From Podarcis cretensis (lineage: Eukaryota), in contig OX638161.1 of the NCBI GenBank assembly GCA_951804945.1, positions 27,900,001 through 27,964,000 on the forward strand: a stretch of 64,000 nt of DNA, written 5' to 3'. Numbering within the stretch: the stretch's first letter is position 1; the number at the start of each line of letters is the position of its first letter. Both the position numbers and the translations under genes were made by a program. Of this stretch, positions 36,947-50,679 are shown piece after piece. The notes beneath the pieces were generated by a model. The model was not told where the DNA came from, did no database searches, and saw nothing but the letters and a program-made list of their open reading frames with translations.

Positions 36947-39900
36947 AAAATCCGCATGGTTTGTGAACAGAGTGCTAAATTAGCAGCCCTCTTTAAAAAA
37001 AACCAAAAAGACCCCAGCTTGATTGTTCCTAAATGGAGGAAGGGAATAAGATATTTATACTGTTGCTTCCTAAAATAAACAGTTCGGTAAATCTGAAGAT
37101 AATGTTTTCACGCACGTAAAAGAAAAGTTAGGAGTAGAGTAGAGTAAACTGATAAAATGAAGCATTGAAACACGTCTTCCGGGGGAGAAGCAACACAGGA
37201 AGCTATGAGTCAGGCCACTTGAGTCTTCTAAGCTCAACACTGTCTATACCAGAGATGGGAAACCTATGGCCCTCCAGCCCCGGCCGACACACCCAGTGGT
37301 CTGGGATGATGGGGAACTGTGGCCCAAACAAACATATGAAGAGCCCAAGGCCCTCTGCATGCTCTGACTCTGAGTTATGCCCCTTTCCCTTGGTGAGAAT
37401 GCTCACTCTTTCTAGTGAGTACCTTCTCAGTGCCATCAACATTAGAGGAACAGGTAATGATGGCATGAGAGAGAGCCTTTTCTGTGACTGCTCCCAGATC
37501 GTGTGATTCCCTCCCAAGAGAGGTTTGACTTGGCTCCCTCCCGCTGGCAGGCTAAGACCTTCCTGTTTGAGAGTGGTTGCACTTGCAGGCGATGCAGACA
37601 ACTGAGCTGCTGCCAGGTAAATCAGTAATTTGATGCTGGTTCTGTCTTTAACTTGTTTGTTATTACTTTGCATTCTAAAAAGGTGGTTTTTAAAATGCTG
37701 TAATCGGCCTCGAATCCCAAATTTGGGAGGAAAGAGGGATAGAAATACAATAAATCAATACAGTAAATAAATTTAGAATTAGAATCCACCCCATCACCAA
37801 ACAGCTCGTTTTCAGATACATTTCTTCACACAAGAAGCTGATGAAGGCCATGGACACTGCTGGGATTTTAAAGGTACGCCGAAAATCACACTGCACCTGC
37901 CTGGTTGCCCGAAAGCACCGGTGGGGCACTGTGCCTGTGGAAAGCTGAATTTCCTCCAGAAAACTAGCTTCCTTGCCCCCCAGTAAGCATTGCAAGGTTC
38001 ACCCTCTTTTTACAGACTAAAAAAAAGGCAGGCTTCACCCAAGACCAGCCCTAGTGCAATTGCTCTTAGGGCGTCTACGGGTGTTCTTTGTCAGCATCCC
38101 CTCGCCCCAGCTATTGTGCAAACACCCTGGTTGTGCAAGCTTTTCACTGTGCAAAGAAACAAAAGATTTTCAGGTCACCAGTTAAGTTTCCATGATCTCA
38201 GCTGCTTAGATATTCTCTCAGGAAAACACCAATCCACCATTGATGGCCAATTCTGCCTGGCTGCCTCGCCAATACCGCCCTTGCACCTGAATGTCTGCTT
38301 AGGAAAAGAACTTGTGCGGATCAATGCCCAAGGAGTTTGGGGTTCAGATCGTCCCATTAATCTCTAATTCAGTGTTTCCCTAATTTTTAATGCTCATGGC
38401 TGCAGTAGTTCTTGCTTCTAGATTAAAACCTGGTAGCAAACTTCAGTTTTACACACTGAATGCTGCACCTTTAATTCTCCCCCCTCCCCCTCCCCCAGTT
38501 CCTGTGAAAAAAAGCAGAGATTGCTGGATAGCCCAGTCAATAAATTATAATGCATTGCACCCCACCTTCCTCTTCACCTAGTCAGTGCTCTGGGGACAGG
38601 GATGTGCCTTCAGGGTGATGGAGGTGCTTCTACAATTTCCCCATGCTCATCACACTGCAAGGACAGAGTTCCACCTGGGAACTCTGGTGCATACTCTTCT
38701 GGAGATGACATCACATATTGGCAGGGAAAGTACCGAGGTGGGGGGGGGGGAGAGGAAAATCAATGCTGCATAGGGCGGTGGATGCAATGCAACATGGTGG
38801 CTTAACTTATTTATACATTTCAGTCTCTCCTGCGGCATGCAGTTTGGAAATGCCGTAGCGTAATCTATCCAACAGGGTTGCCATAAGGATAAAATTTAAA
38901 CAAATGCAAACAAACAAAAACCACACTCAAAAGTGTTCGTGCACGCACAGATTGCATGCCCTCATAGTTCTTCTCATATGCAATCACTACCGAAAGGCAC
39001 ACATTGAAATGAAGTCCCCTCTTAACCACTTCAGATTTGGCTACCTTGAACTTATGCTTCGCGCAAATACGTCCAGCAAATAAGACCCCAGCACGTTTAC
39101 TTATTCTTCAGGGTGTCACAGAATTCTTTGTTGTTCAGCCTGATTGCAAGGATAGACAGGACAGATGAAGAGCGTGCAGATCTGAGCCTTCAGCAAAAAA
39201 CCGCCCTTCTTTTGCCTACACCTCCCTATGACTACCTGTACCATCCCCTAGGGTGGTTACTTATGCACTGCTGGAAAAGAGAGGCTGCATCACCCACAAA
39301 AGGTGGCCAGAGGCTTGAATAGTATTTGCGTTTGCTGAATTATAAGTACAGATTTAAATTGGGTTGAGGAAAAACATTGCACCATAATGGGCAAGATTAT
39401 GAACAGGCAACCTTTGTGCCTGCTCAGTCTGCTGTCTGGGACCCCCCCCCAAACGTCTTTTTTGTTGTGCATTGATGGCCGTTTGTGCTCATGATGCTAT
39501 CGGGGCAGTCATATGGGATTCCACTTTCGATTCTCTTTGCACTTGCAAAAATTACGGGGTGGTCATGCTGGTTCACTTCCAATCAGTGCATACATATCCT
39601 GTAACTTCTTGCTGAAATCCTGAAACTTTTTGTATCACAAATGTTCTGGGTGGTTGTTGTTTCGCCTCGCTTTTGATGCACAAAATCTCAGCAAGACAGC
39701 AATTGTGTGGTAACACTGAGAAAGCGCCACAAAACAACTGATAAAGCAGAATAAATCCACCATGAATGCACTACATTATTGTGTCACACAACGTGTTGCA
39801 GAATACACCTGCAATAAAATGCAGGTCTGGGGGCGCCCCACATGTTAACTAACTCTTGATGCCCCCACCTGCTCTTGCTTCTTAGGGTTCTTCATTTTCA

Positions 39901-40555
39901 AATCAGACAATCCTTCGAACAGAGGACTGTATAGCAGGACACAAGGTAGACCTGCCTCTTGCACACCAACTGCTCATCCCCAGGACTCTGTGTATACTGA
40001 GGTTTTGCAGTGCAAACACAACTTTATTCTCTTCTTAAAGTTTCTAACCCTTATGGGGTTGTGACGATCTAGGTCTGAAATTATGTAGGTAAATGCCTGC
40101 CGAAATCCCAGAAGCCAAATGTGCTGCTGAATAAAGCTACAGTACACATGGTTAAAGGGGTGGGATTAACAGAACACCAATGCCAAACAGCAAACTGTGC
40201 AGAATGTAAAAATATGCACGGTGAGATAATTCGCGTGCATCCTATATATTTTATAGAAGTGGCAGAATCCAGCTTTTTCTGCAGTGAAAATATGGATTTC
40301 TTTGGGGGAAGAGCGCTGGTTTCCTTCTGTGTTCATTTCCCGACTGATGGCCTTGTCTGTATCTAGAGTACACTGCGAGTTCCTTGGGGCAGAGGCCACC
40401 TCACTTGCTCTGCAATGCCAACCAACGCCAAATTAAAAGGAAGTGTTAGGCTTCCAAGTTATCTCGGGTCTGCTTTCTCCCAGAGCTGGGAACGACAGCT
40501 CTCCCACAGCCTTGTTTTAACCCACTAGCCACCCTCCCATTCCCTTCCCAGAATT

Positions 40556-40606
<51 letters not shown>

Positions 40607-40944
40607 AACTCAGGCTTGATCAATTCCACTCCCTTTTCTCCACACTCCATTTCTCCCACCCATCTGGAGCAAACACTGAAGGCTGGGTAAATAGGGGGGA
40701 AAGGCCCCCTCCCTTCTTTGTTCTCCCCCTTGGCCACCTGGCTGCCCCACCCTGGGCACACCTCTCCCCTTTGCAAGGCCCCCACCCCACCACTCAGCCC
40801 CCAGCCCCTAAGCAGTTTGCCTGCTGCTGCAGCAGCAGACAGCCCCAGGCAGCTGGGGGTGGGGGAGAAAAATTGTTGCACAATCCGGCTTAGTCAGTTT
40901 CTGGCATGACCCAGCCCTAGACAGATATGGGGGAGAAGCGGTGG

Positions 40945-40996
<52 letters not shown>

Positions 40997-41078
40997 AAGT
41001 TAACTCTCACAGCGCTGCGTCCTTGGGCCCCTGCAGAACAGCAGACAGGCCACGACTCCAAAGATCTGTTTCCAACTT

Positions 41079-41224
41079 TCATAGAATCATAGAGTTGTAG
41101 AGATGGAAGGGACCACAAGGGCCATTCTAGTCCAACCCCCTGCAATGCTGGGCTCTTTTGCCCAACGTGGGACTCGAACCCACAACCCTGAGATTAAGAA
41201 TCTCATGCTCTACGGACAGAGATA
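41079..41224 (-). mobile_element. tRNA-Lys-derived SINE with CR1-type tail
   Basis: Same head; tail ends in (ATTCTATG)n. Confidence 0.85.
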
Positions 41225-43642
41225 TTTCCCAGGTGCTTTGACAAATGGGGTGCAGGTAGCAGGAAGGATGTGATCTAGTACCCCCATGCAGGTGGGGATG
41301 CAGGAGAAGAAACATATGGGTCCCTGCTTTCTAGTTATGGTAATGCAGAGCTATATAGAGGGGAAGAGGGGATACCTCTAGAATCCTGGATTTTGGGGGC
41401 TCTGCCCCTCCTAGCCAACCTAGCTGAGAAGTCCCTGGTTCAAATCTCTCCTTAGTCAGGAACTCACCTTGGTAGCCTTAGGCAACCTCCCATTATTCTC
41501 CCAGCCTCAGTACCCCATCGGCAACCTCCCATTTTTCTCCCAGCATCAGTACCCCATGGAGATAATAAACATGGACCTACCTTAAAGGGTCGGTGTGACG
41601 ATTACTGATATAATGTACAGGACGTGTTTTCAACGCTATAAAAGGACTAAAGTATTACTGTTCCCAGCGCTTGGAAAGGAGTGGAAGCAACTGGTTATAA
41701 CAGGGAAGGGAAGGGAGTGTGTGGTCTCAGTCACAGAATGGCTAGACTCTAGTTCCAGGAATAGAGAATTTTTTTTTGGGGGGGGGCATGTGTGCAGGAC
41801 AACAACCAAGACCACTAAGACTCCTGGGTTCGCTCCGCAGCTCTTACAAGGGAGCGGAGACTATTGGTCAGGATAGGGCCAAGAGGAGACTTAATAGCGA
41901 AGGACATTTCCCTTTCTTAGGGATGGTTAGGCCAAGAGACAGGCACTGTCCCTGGGTCACCCAGGGAGCTCTGTTGCTGAGTGGAGATTCGAACACAGGT
42001 CCTATTTATTTATTTAATTCACCTTCCCTCCCGAAGAAGTCCTGGTCCTAGTCCAACACTTTAACCACAAAAACCACGCAGATGCCATGGGCTCCCCTGG
42101 GAGGAGAACCGGGCATGTTGAAAGGCGAACTTCTTCTTTTCTCTTCCCACAGGTTTTTTGAAAGTATGCAAGTTAGAGCAAGGACTCCTCGATCCCAGTG
42201 CGGGAAATGGATATGAGTTAGGGAGGCACAGGGAATGCTTGGCTAGTGTTTTCTGTTTCTGGGATGTAGCTGCGGGAGCAACTGGTTAAAGCACTGCAAG
42301 GATGGAGTCTGGGGAAGCAGTGCAACAGACGTATTTCCAGCTCCGAGAAGGATCAAGCTAGATGGACAGTATACCAGGACCACCTTCAAAACATACATTT
42401 AAAGCACTCCGATACCATTTTTAAAGTAGTGTTGTTTGGAGACAGAGCTACAGTTTTCAGTGTGGTTTAGCCATCTATCCTGCGAGGGGAATTGGAGGCT
42501 CCTAACGACTCTCAGCACCCTTAAAGAACTACAACTCCCAGAATTCTTGGGAGGGGGGGAAGCCATGGTTGTTTTAAGGTAGTAGGTATATCACAGTGCT
42601 TTAAATGTGTGTTGTGAATGTGGCCTAGGATTCAGGAGGCTCAAAAGGTCATCCCTTGCCCGTTAAATCAGGTAATAAGAGAAAGAGGCTCGGAATATCA
42701 AATCCCTGACCAAATAAGCAAGAAGGTTCCCAAAAAGAGTAAAGTGGCAAAGTTCAGCATCTGCACAGCACTTTTATAAAGAGTGTTCAAAGCACTCCAC
42801 ATACATTATTTGGCTGTAATATAGGCCATTATTATCACCTACAAACTGCAAATGAAGGGTGAGGCAGGGAGAGAGGTGGCTTCCCTAAGGCCTTCTGGAT
42901 GAAATCACAGCGAGAGTTTTGAACCTGGAATTTCCTGTTCCCCAGCTCACTTTAAGGGTTGCCAGACGTCCAAGTTCATCCTCACACCAACCCTGCGAGG
43001 AAGGTCAAGCTAAGAGATGGTGACTGGCCCAAGGTCATCCAATGAGCTTCACAGCTGAGTGGGGATTCGAACCCTGGTCTCCGAGGTCACAGTCCAACAC
43101 TCTAACCATTATACGCCCTACCAGCTCTCAAGCGTCTCTCCCCAGTTACCAGCTTCCAAGATCTTGCCTGCTAGCTGGATTTTCCTTTGCTCTCGCCCCC
43201 CCCTAGCCATTCCTGCGCAGTGTCCCAACCCTCTCCCCTCCCGCCCCCCCCTCCAAGCTGTGGAACCTATACCATGAAGTGTAAATATGTGGGAGAGCAG
43301 AGACGAGTGTTTATTCCATATGGGATTGGCGCACACCAGCCACTGCCAAGTATAGAGACTGGCAGCATGCCAAGGACGTACACAGAATCCATGTCCTTCA
43401 CAGGGGCACAAGGGGGGTGGGAGGGTGGAGAGAGATTCTTTGCAGCATATGGCTTGGACACAGGGTCCTCTATTCCTTCCTCCACTCCCTTCTCTGAGAC
43501 ACGAGAGGCACGGAACACTCAGGGTCGTAACCTCCCTGTTTTGGGCTCAGGTCAGGCCCACGAACCAGGGCCCCTCTTGACAGCTTTTGGGCCCTTTTCT
43601 TAACCGGCACTCCGGCACTCTTGTTGCAGCTGTGTGGGTGGA

Positions 43643-43830
43643 AGAACTTAAGAAGAGCCTGCTGGATCAGAGGCCAATGGCCCATCTGGTCCAGAACCCT
43701 GTTCTCGCAACGGCCAACCAGATGGCTGTGGGAAACCAGCAGGCAGGATTCAAGCACAAGAGCCCTGTTCCCACCAGCAGTTTCCTGCAACTGATATTTC
43801 AGAAGCAATGTTGCCTCCAAATGTGGACTT
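43643..43830 (-). mobile_element. CR1 LINE 3' end fragment
   Basis: AAGAAC..AAGAAGAGCCTGCTGGATCAG..GGCCCATCT.GTCCAG is the reverse complement of a reptile CR1 3' terminus. Confidence 0.55.
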
Positions 43831-43850
43831 CTAGGGCTGCAAACACATTG

Positions 43851-44076
43851 CAGTGGTACCTCGGGTTAACAACTTAATTCGTTCTGGAGGTCTGTTCGTA
43901 ACCTGAAACTGTTCTTAACCTGAAGCACCACTTTAGCTAATGGGGCCTCCTGCTGCTGCCGCGCCGCTGGAGCATGAATTCTGTTCTCATCCTGAAGGAA
44001 AGTTCTTAACCCGAGGTAATATTTCTGGGTTAGTGGAGTCTGTAACCTGAAGCGTATATAACCCGAGGTACCACTG
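43851..44076. mobile_element. Tigger-like MITE family A
   Basis: Same TIRs and body. Confidence 0.9.
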
Positions 44077-45327
44077 TATATCTTTAAAGCCATATTCCAC
44101 GCCCCCTCCAAGGAATGCTGGGAGCTGCAGTTCCCAGCACCCTTAACAAACTACAGTTCCCAGGGTTCTTTGGCAGCCTGCTTTAAAAGGTACGGTGTGT
44201 ACACAGCTCTAGTTATCAAACTGAAAGCCACCATTTGCAAAGAGGGCAGTGGGAGCCACAATAACTCTCATGCTATCAGCATGGGGCTCTTTCTCCTATT
44301 TGCCTAAGGCACAGGTTTCTCTGTTCAATTTGTGGTCAAGCCTACAAGCTCTAGCACCCATTAATGAGAGAGACCCTCGCTTTCCTTACACGCAACAAAT
44401 GCTTCAAGTGAGCCACAGGAATTTTTGCATCACGCTGGTGTGAATCCTCACTGCTTGCTGTTTGCAGGTTGTGTAGAAGTGGAGATCGCCGAAGAATGCG
44501 TCTAAACCAGCTCTGCACAGATCTGCTTGCCACACAAGAGCAGCTTCCGCATGGTTGTGGTCGCATTTCAAGAAGACGCACGTACATGGCTAAGACTGAC
44601 AAGCATGGCGAATCAAGCAGGGCAGGCAGGGGCAATTTTGCATCTGTCCAGCATCAAGCAAGCCATTTCCCCCAAAAGAATGTAGCATTGTGGGAACTGC
44701 AGCAAGCAGCTAGGCCCCATTTGCTTCCAGCATTTGAAGCTGGGAAGGGAACCCCAGAGTCTTGGCTCCCGGCCTGTTCCAAAACGACACACAAGACCCA
44801 CCTTATGCAGAAGTGCAGGCGGAATCCAAATGTCCTGACACCAAGCCTCCCCACACTCCGCAAACCCACAAGACCTTATTCGTCTCTGTAAAGCTGAACA
44901 CTGAAGTCCCAGGTCTTTAACTACAAAAAACCCAAAAAAACCCAACAACCCTCTTCTCCTCTAATCCAGCCTTGCAAACGAATCTGGAAAAAATTGCAAG
45001 CCCAGGGAACTTTTTTACTAGCCTGACAGCAATGTACCTAAGTTAGACCACACGTAAGAGGAATGTAGGCAGTCTGAAGTGAGGAAGTTGTTTCAACCCA
45101 AGGGCCACATTCCTTCATTGACAACTTTCCAGGGGCCACTGCCCACAGGCAAACATGGGCAGTGGATTTAGTCTTCCATGTGTACCAGGGATGGGAGCTC
45201 ACTGACCTCCAGATGTTGCTGAACTACAGCTCCCATCATCCCAATCCACTGGCTTTGCTGGCTCAGGGCTGATGAGAGTTGTAGTCCAATAGCATCTGGA
45301 GGTCCACAAGTTCCACATTCTTGCTTT

Positions 45328-45464
45328 TCACAGAATTGTAGAGTTGGAAGGGGGATCATCTAGTCCACCCCCCTGCAATGCATGAATATGCAGCTGCCTC
45401 ATACAGGGATCGAACCTGCAACCTTGGCATTATCAGCACCATGCTCTAACCAATCAAGCTATCC
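45328..45464 (-). mobile_element. tRNA-Ile-derived SINE with the same CR1-type tail
   Basis: Reverse complement TAGCTTGATTGGTTAGAGCATGGTGCTGATAATGCCAAGGTTGCAGGTTCGATCCCTGTA then TGCATTGCAGGGGGGTGGACTAGATGATC. Confidence 0.75.
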
Positions 45465-46617
45465 AATCTGGTGGTGGTGTTTTTTGTACAGTAGGTTATA
45501 ACCATGCAAAAGCCGGAGCTTTCTACACACACATACAACATTAAGGCAAGCAAGAGTTTTTATCCCAGCTCAATTATACATTCCCGCCAAGCGAAAGCAC
45601 GTGACAAGGGTGTGACACAGAACTTAGAAAACAAAACAAAAGCTTTCCCATTCTTAGTCAGGGCAGCACCTAAACATTTTGATTTGGGTGCCTAGGACAA
45701 CATTTTTCAGGCATGTTAACAGCAACAAATTTAACAGGATTTTTTGGGATGTCTCTACATTAAAATCTTAAACTAGCTGCAATCCATTTAAAAGGTGAAT
45801 CTAGGCAGGCAGTACAGCGGGTGGCAAATCTGTACAGTACCTTGACCATGTCATCAAAGACAGCAGGGGGTTTGCATATTTAACTGCTTCCCACCGAAAA
45901 ACATTTTAACTCTACACATCAGTCACATCATACAACTCATGCTAGACTGTGCCACTTCAGACCACAGCTCGGAGAATCTCCTGCCCCCGGTAAAATAAAT
46001 CCCTGCACACAAAAATCTAGTATGTCAGAGAGATGGCTAAAAGTTTGCCTCAGTGTCGACACATTCAAATACGCAGAGGTGACTATTTCCCCATCTCCCA
46101 TCCACTGTTTGTTTGAATTAGGTCTGTCACAGTTATCAGAACCTTGGAAGTGGCAGCTCCAAGAGCAAAAGGAACATGCAACGCAGATGTTCCGGCACCT
46201 TCCCCAAACTGCTGTTCCCAGGGATCTCTGAAGCAGTCTGAGAGAGTAGCACCAGTTTCAAATTGGTTTACATGTGTTTTATAGACAAAAGGTGTTAGCA
46301 AACTAAGGTGCTTCCACAAGAGAACTTTAAATTGCTTTCTGACCTTCCTCGCCTCTGCAATGATGACACACGTCACCCAGCAACTCACAAGTCACAGAAC
46401 TTTTATTGTGCCCTCAGTGACACCATCTCAACAGTCAAGGCTGGTAGTTCCACTGATGGCAACATAGTATTTTATATATGCACATTATATATATGTACAT
46501 AAGTGAAACAGCACAATTACAGCTTAAGTCATACAACTGACAAATCAATAAGGGATTTTTATAATTTATAAAGCAATATTTTAAAAAAAAACTTTAAAAA
46601 TAAGCAAAGCACTATAC

Positions 46618-46753
46618 CAGGCTTCCTCAAACTCCGCCCTCCAGATGTTTTGAGACTACAATTCCCATCATCCCTGACCACTGGTCCTGCTAGCTAGGGA
46701 TCATGGGAGTTGTAGGCCAAAAACATCTGGAGGGCTGAGTTTGAGGAAGCCTG
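46618..46753. mobile_element. hAT MITE (palindromic)
   Basis: TIR CAGGCTTCCTCAAACTC, TSD cactatac/cgctatac. Confidence 0.85.
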
Positions 46754-46760
46754 CGCTATA

Positions 46761-47001
46761 CAGTCGTACCTTGGATCTCAAACGCCTTGGTTCACAAACA
46801 AATTGGCTCCTGATCGAAATGAGTGTTCTGGTTTTCAAATTTTTTTTTTTGGAAGCCGAACATCCAATGGGGCTTCCGCGGCTTCCGATTGGCTGCAGGA
46901 GTTTCCTGCAGCCAATCGGAAGTCGTGCTTTGGTTTCTGAACGTTCTGGAAGTCGAACGGACTTCCAGAACAGATTCTGTTCGACTTCCAAGGTACGACT
47001 G
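46761..47001. mobile_element. Tigger-like MITE, family C
   Basis: TA|CAGTCGTACCTTGG ... CCAAGGTACGACTG|TA; internal palindrome CCGATTGGCTGCAGGA..TCCTGCAGCCAATCGG. Confidence 0.85.
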
Positions 47002-48768
47002 TACACACTCTCTTCTCCCTGCCCAATGACTCATAATCTTTCACTCTGTTCAGTTCATTAAAGTACACAAACACATCCATCATACAGAAGGACCCTGCTC
47101 TAACAGAAATACCTACAAAGGAGCTATACTTTAACTCATTAGTTACTAAATTAAACCTGTGACCCATCCTTCCGTCAAGTGGTGTTCAAGACGATCACCA
47201 ATAACAGCATAAGAGCAGCTTTTTTAGTTCATTCAAAGGGGTTAAAAAAAAAACTTTAACTGAATGAAAGCAGTTCCAGGATGGAAGGAATCAAATGGTG
47301 CTAGCTTCACGGACACAACAACACTTGTTGTTCCATCTTTCCCTCTGCTGTGGCTATGTCAAATGGACAGTTTGGGTAAGGGAGGAGTCAAATGGCACTT
47401 GGCCTTAGCTAGGCTGAAGGAGGGGGCCTCACGGTCTCATCTTTCCTTCTGAGAGAACATACACTTGGGATGCTATATTCACGCAACCACTGCCCATGGG
47501 CGTAGTCAGGATTTATGTTGAGGGGGGAGGCCAGAACCTCAGTCAGGTATTTTTATTGATTTACTTGATTTTGGGGGTTGCCCCCTGCCCCCCCAGCTAC
47601 TGCCTATTCCAATTTGGGGGGGGGAGAAAACTGGAGGAAAGACAGTCAGATAGCCAACAATGGGCACCCCCAAAAGTCAGAAGATGTGCCCAAACACATC
47701 TTAAAACTGAACAGCTACACCAATGAAGGGGCGCTAATTAAAAATTTAAGATGGTCATTCTCTACCCCAAGGATTCTCCACATCCACGGATTTAAGGCAA
47801 AGGAATGAAAAACACACACACACACTGGGGGACAAACCTGATATGGTCTATTCAGCTGCATGCAGGCATTCTCAGAATGTCCCCTTGCAAAATAGGCAAA
47901 GCTTCTTATTTCTACTTTACAGAGTTGCCCCAAGGCCACCTGGAAAGCTCCTGGCTGAAGTCTGGATTTGAATCCAGGCCCCATCTAATATTTATCCTAA
48001 GGAGGCAGGGATGTGGCTAAAGAGATTTGAATGAGAACAGTTGCAAGCCTGGATAGCAGGGGTTCCATGGGCTGCTCTTTAGAGGATGGGGGAGAATTGG
48101 CAAGCGGAGTTGTTTTGAAGGAGGGGGGTGCTGAGTCACTAGGTTTTTAGATTCTGTTCTATAATACTACTTGCCTAGAGTGCTCTGCTCCTGAGAGAAC
48201 AACCCCCACCCCACTCAACAAATAAAGCAGAATGCATAGGTGAAGGAAACTGCTGCGGGGGGGGGGGGGGGCAGCAGCAAAAAACCCCAACCCACCCACA
48301 CCAGGGCATAGACAGATGGAGACTCTCTGCCCATCTCATTACCACCTGCACCACCTGATCAACAAGGACAAATTAGAAGGAATTAGCAGGGTTTAGCTAA
48401 GCCCATGCTAACAATAAGGGGTAATTAACCACCAATTGGCCAGCCTGCAAGGAGCTGGTGGGGGCAGGGCATCTTGTACACACAGAGACCCGAAACAGGT
48501 GAACGCACACGTCTCAAGCCCCATCCCTAGGTCATACACATCCCAACATTTCCCGAAGTTCCACTCCTGTACAGCCACTTCGTGCAAGGCTTCCATCTGG
48601 GCAAAAAGAAGTGTAGAGAAGTTCTCTACTGCTGGTGCAAAAGAATAAGGTCCTATGTGCATGCACCAGGAAGTGAGACCAAACAAATGCAGTGGGCGCA
48701 CAGGATCTCACCATTAAAGAGACTGAAGCTGAAGTTAGTTTGTGGGGGAAATGTATTTAATACAGGGT

Positions 48769-49114
48769 TGTGGGTTAAAGCCTCAGCGCCTAGGACTTGC
48801 CGATCGAAAGGTCGGCGGTTCGAATCCCTGCGGCGGGGTGCGCTCCCGCTGCTCGGTCCCAGCGCCTGCCAACCTAGCAGTTCGAAAGCACCTCCAGGTG
48901 CAAGTAGATAAATAGGGACCGCTTACCAGCGGGAAGGTAAACGGCGTTTCCGTGTGCGGCTCTGGCTCGCCAGAGCAGCGATGTCACGCTGGCCACGTGA
49001 CCCGGAAGTGTCTCCGGACAGCGCTGGCCCCTGGCCTCTTAAGTGAGATGGGCGCACAACCTCAGAGTCTGTCAAGACTGGCCCGTACGGGCAGGGGTAC
49101 CTTTACCTTTACCT
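48769..49114 (+). mobile_element. Sauria SINE (young, CpG-rich)
   Basis: As above, slightly 5'-truncated. Confidence 0.9.
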
Positions 49115-49579
49115 ATCACAAAGCCTCTTTTTTGGAGTGTGTATTTGGGAAGGGGAGAGACTTCAGGTCCTTATCCAGCTTATTTATGCACTTCATAGAA
49201 TTATAGAGTTGGTCCAACCCCCTGCAGTGCAGGAATCTTTTGCCAACATGGGGCTCGACCCTGAGATTAATGGATGCGAGTTAGGAACCACCTTCATTTA
49301 CACAGTGAAGAGCAGCGCACAGGACAGACCTCCACCGTCAACACTTCATCTATTTTCACTCTGAGTGCATTAAAAACTGGAAACATGGTAGTGTTCAACC
49401 ACCCTGAGTACATGAACAGTCTTTTTGGGGGGCGGTGGGGAGATGGTGGTGGAACGCCAGCAGGTGAAGCACCGCTTTCAGGTTATCAAGTTTGCTTCCT
49501 TCAGGTAAACAAAATTATAAATTATGGGATGCAGCTTTTGCTGGAGTACACCATCTCAGGCCTCCAACATTAAACACAT

Positions 49580-49624
<45 letters not shown>

Positions 49625-50632
49625 AGTTCTGACAGTCTATTTTCTATGCAAAGGGAATCTCTCTGTCTTTTAAATGGGAGGTTATTCAAACATGCAACAC
49701 TACCCCCTCACTGCCCTTTGCAGCTGGAAATGGTACAGCATCGTACCAGTTGCATCACCCGATGCTGCTGAATGTATACAGTTTAGCTCTGCATCCCGCA
49801 CTGACTCCTCCTTCCGTCTAACGAAGATGGAGCCGTTGCAGGCTGGACGTTCCCCACAAACGAAGGTTCAGTGTCATCAATCTGAGTGTGTCCTTTCCTT
49901 TTTTAGAATGGTGTAGTCCTTCTTCCACCTTATCAGGGAGCCAAAAGGTGCTTAGGAGAGGAGGAGGAGGAGGAGAAGCAAGAGGAGAACTGGACAGCAA
50001 GCAGTGAGAAACTCAACTGGGGTCAGAAAAAATATATTTCTAGTTGCCGGTTTTAACAGAGCCAACCCGTTTAAACAACCAGAGCTGAGCAGAATGCACG
50101 GTGGTTGGGGAGATGTCCTTAGATTCTAGGCATTAACACCTATAGCAATTTCTTGCCTGGACTATCTTGGTTGAGGCTGAATGCATATTAGGAGAGAATT
50201 GGGGGAAGTGCATGAGTAGGAAGAGATTAAAGAGCTTGTATGTCCAAAAGAAACCCAAAGGAGAAGGCGGAGGGGGGGGGAACCTTTCCACTGAAGATGG
50301 GGAGGGGGTGCTGTTGCTTGACTGTGACAAATCCAAGCCCTTTGCCAGTGTCCCCATCTAAAGCCTTTCCACCCTGCAAGGGGTGGCACGCAGCCAGGCC
50401 CAGGCAGTTCCTTGTCCAGCCAATTTGGAAGATGTTTAATTAAGCCTAAGTGCTTGGAAAAGCGGGGAGGGGGTGGAGAGGAGAAAAGTGCAGTCAATGC
50501 AGCACAATCCACCACAGAGCATCTGTTGCGGGAGGCCACTATGGCTCCCACGTAAACTTGAGCCAGGGCCCAAACACCCTCTTCTGTGCACAGTGCAGGC
50601 ACGCAGTTGTGCAAACACACACACACACACAC

Positions 50633-50679
<47 letters not shown>

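Noticed and set aside
42130-42220. Strong plus-strand acceptor (ttcttcttttctcttcccacAG at 42152) suggesting an antisense exon
   Set aside because: No convincing donor or reading frame follows; isolated acceptor-like sites are common.
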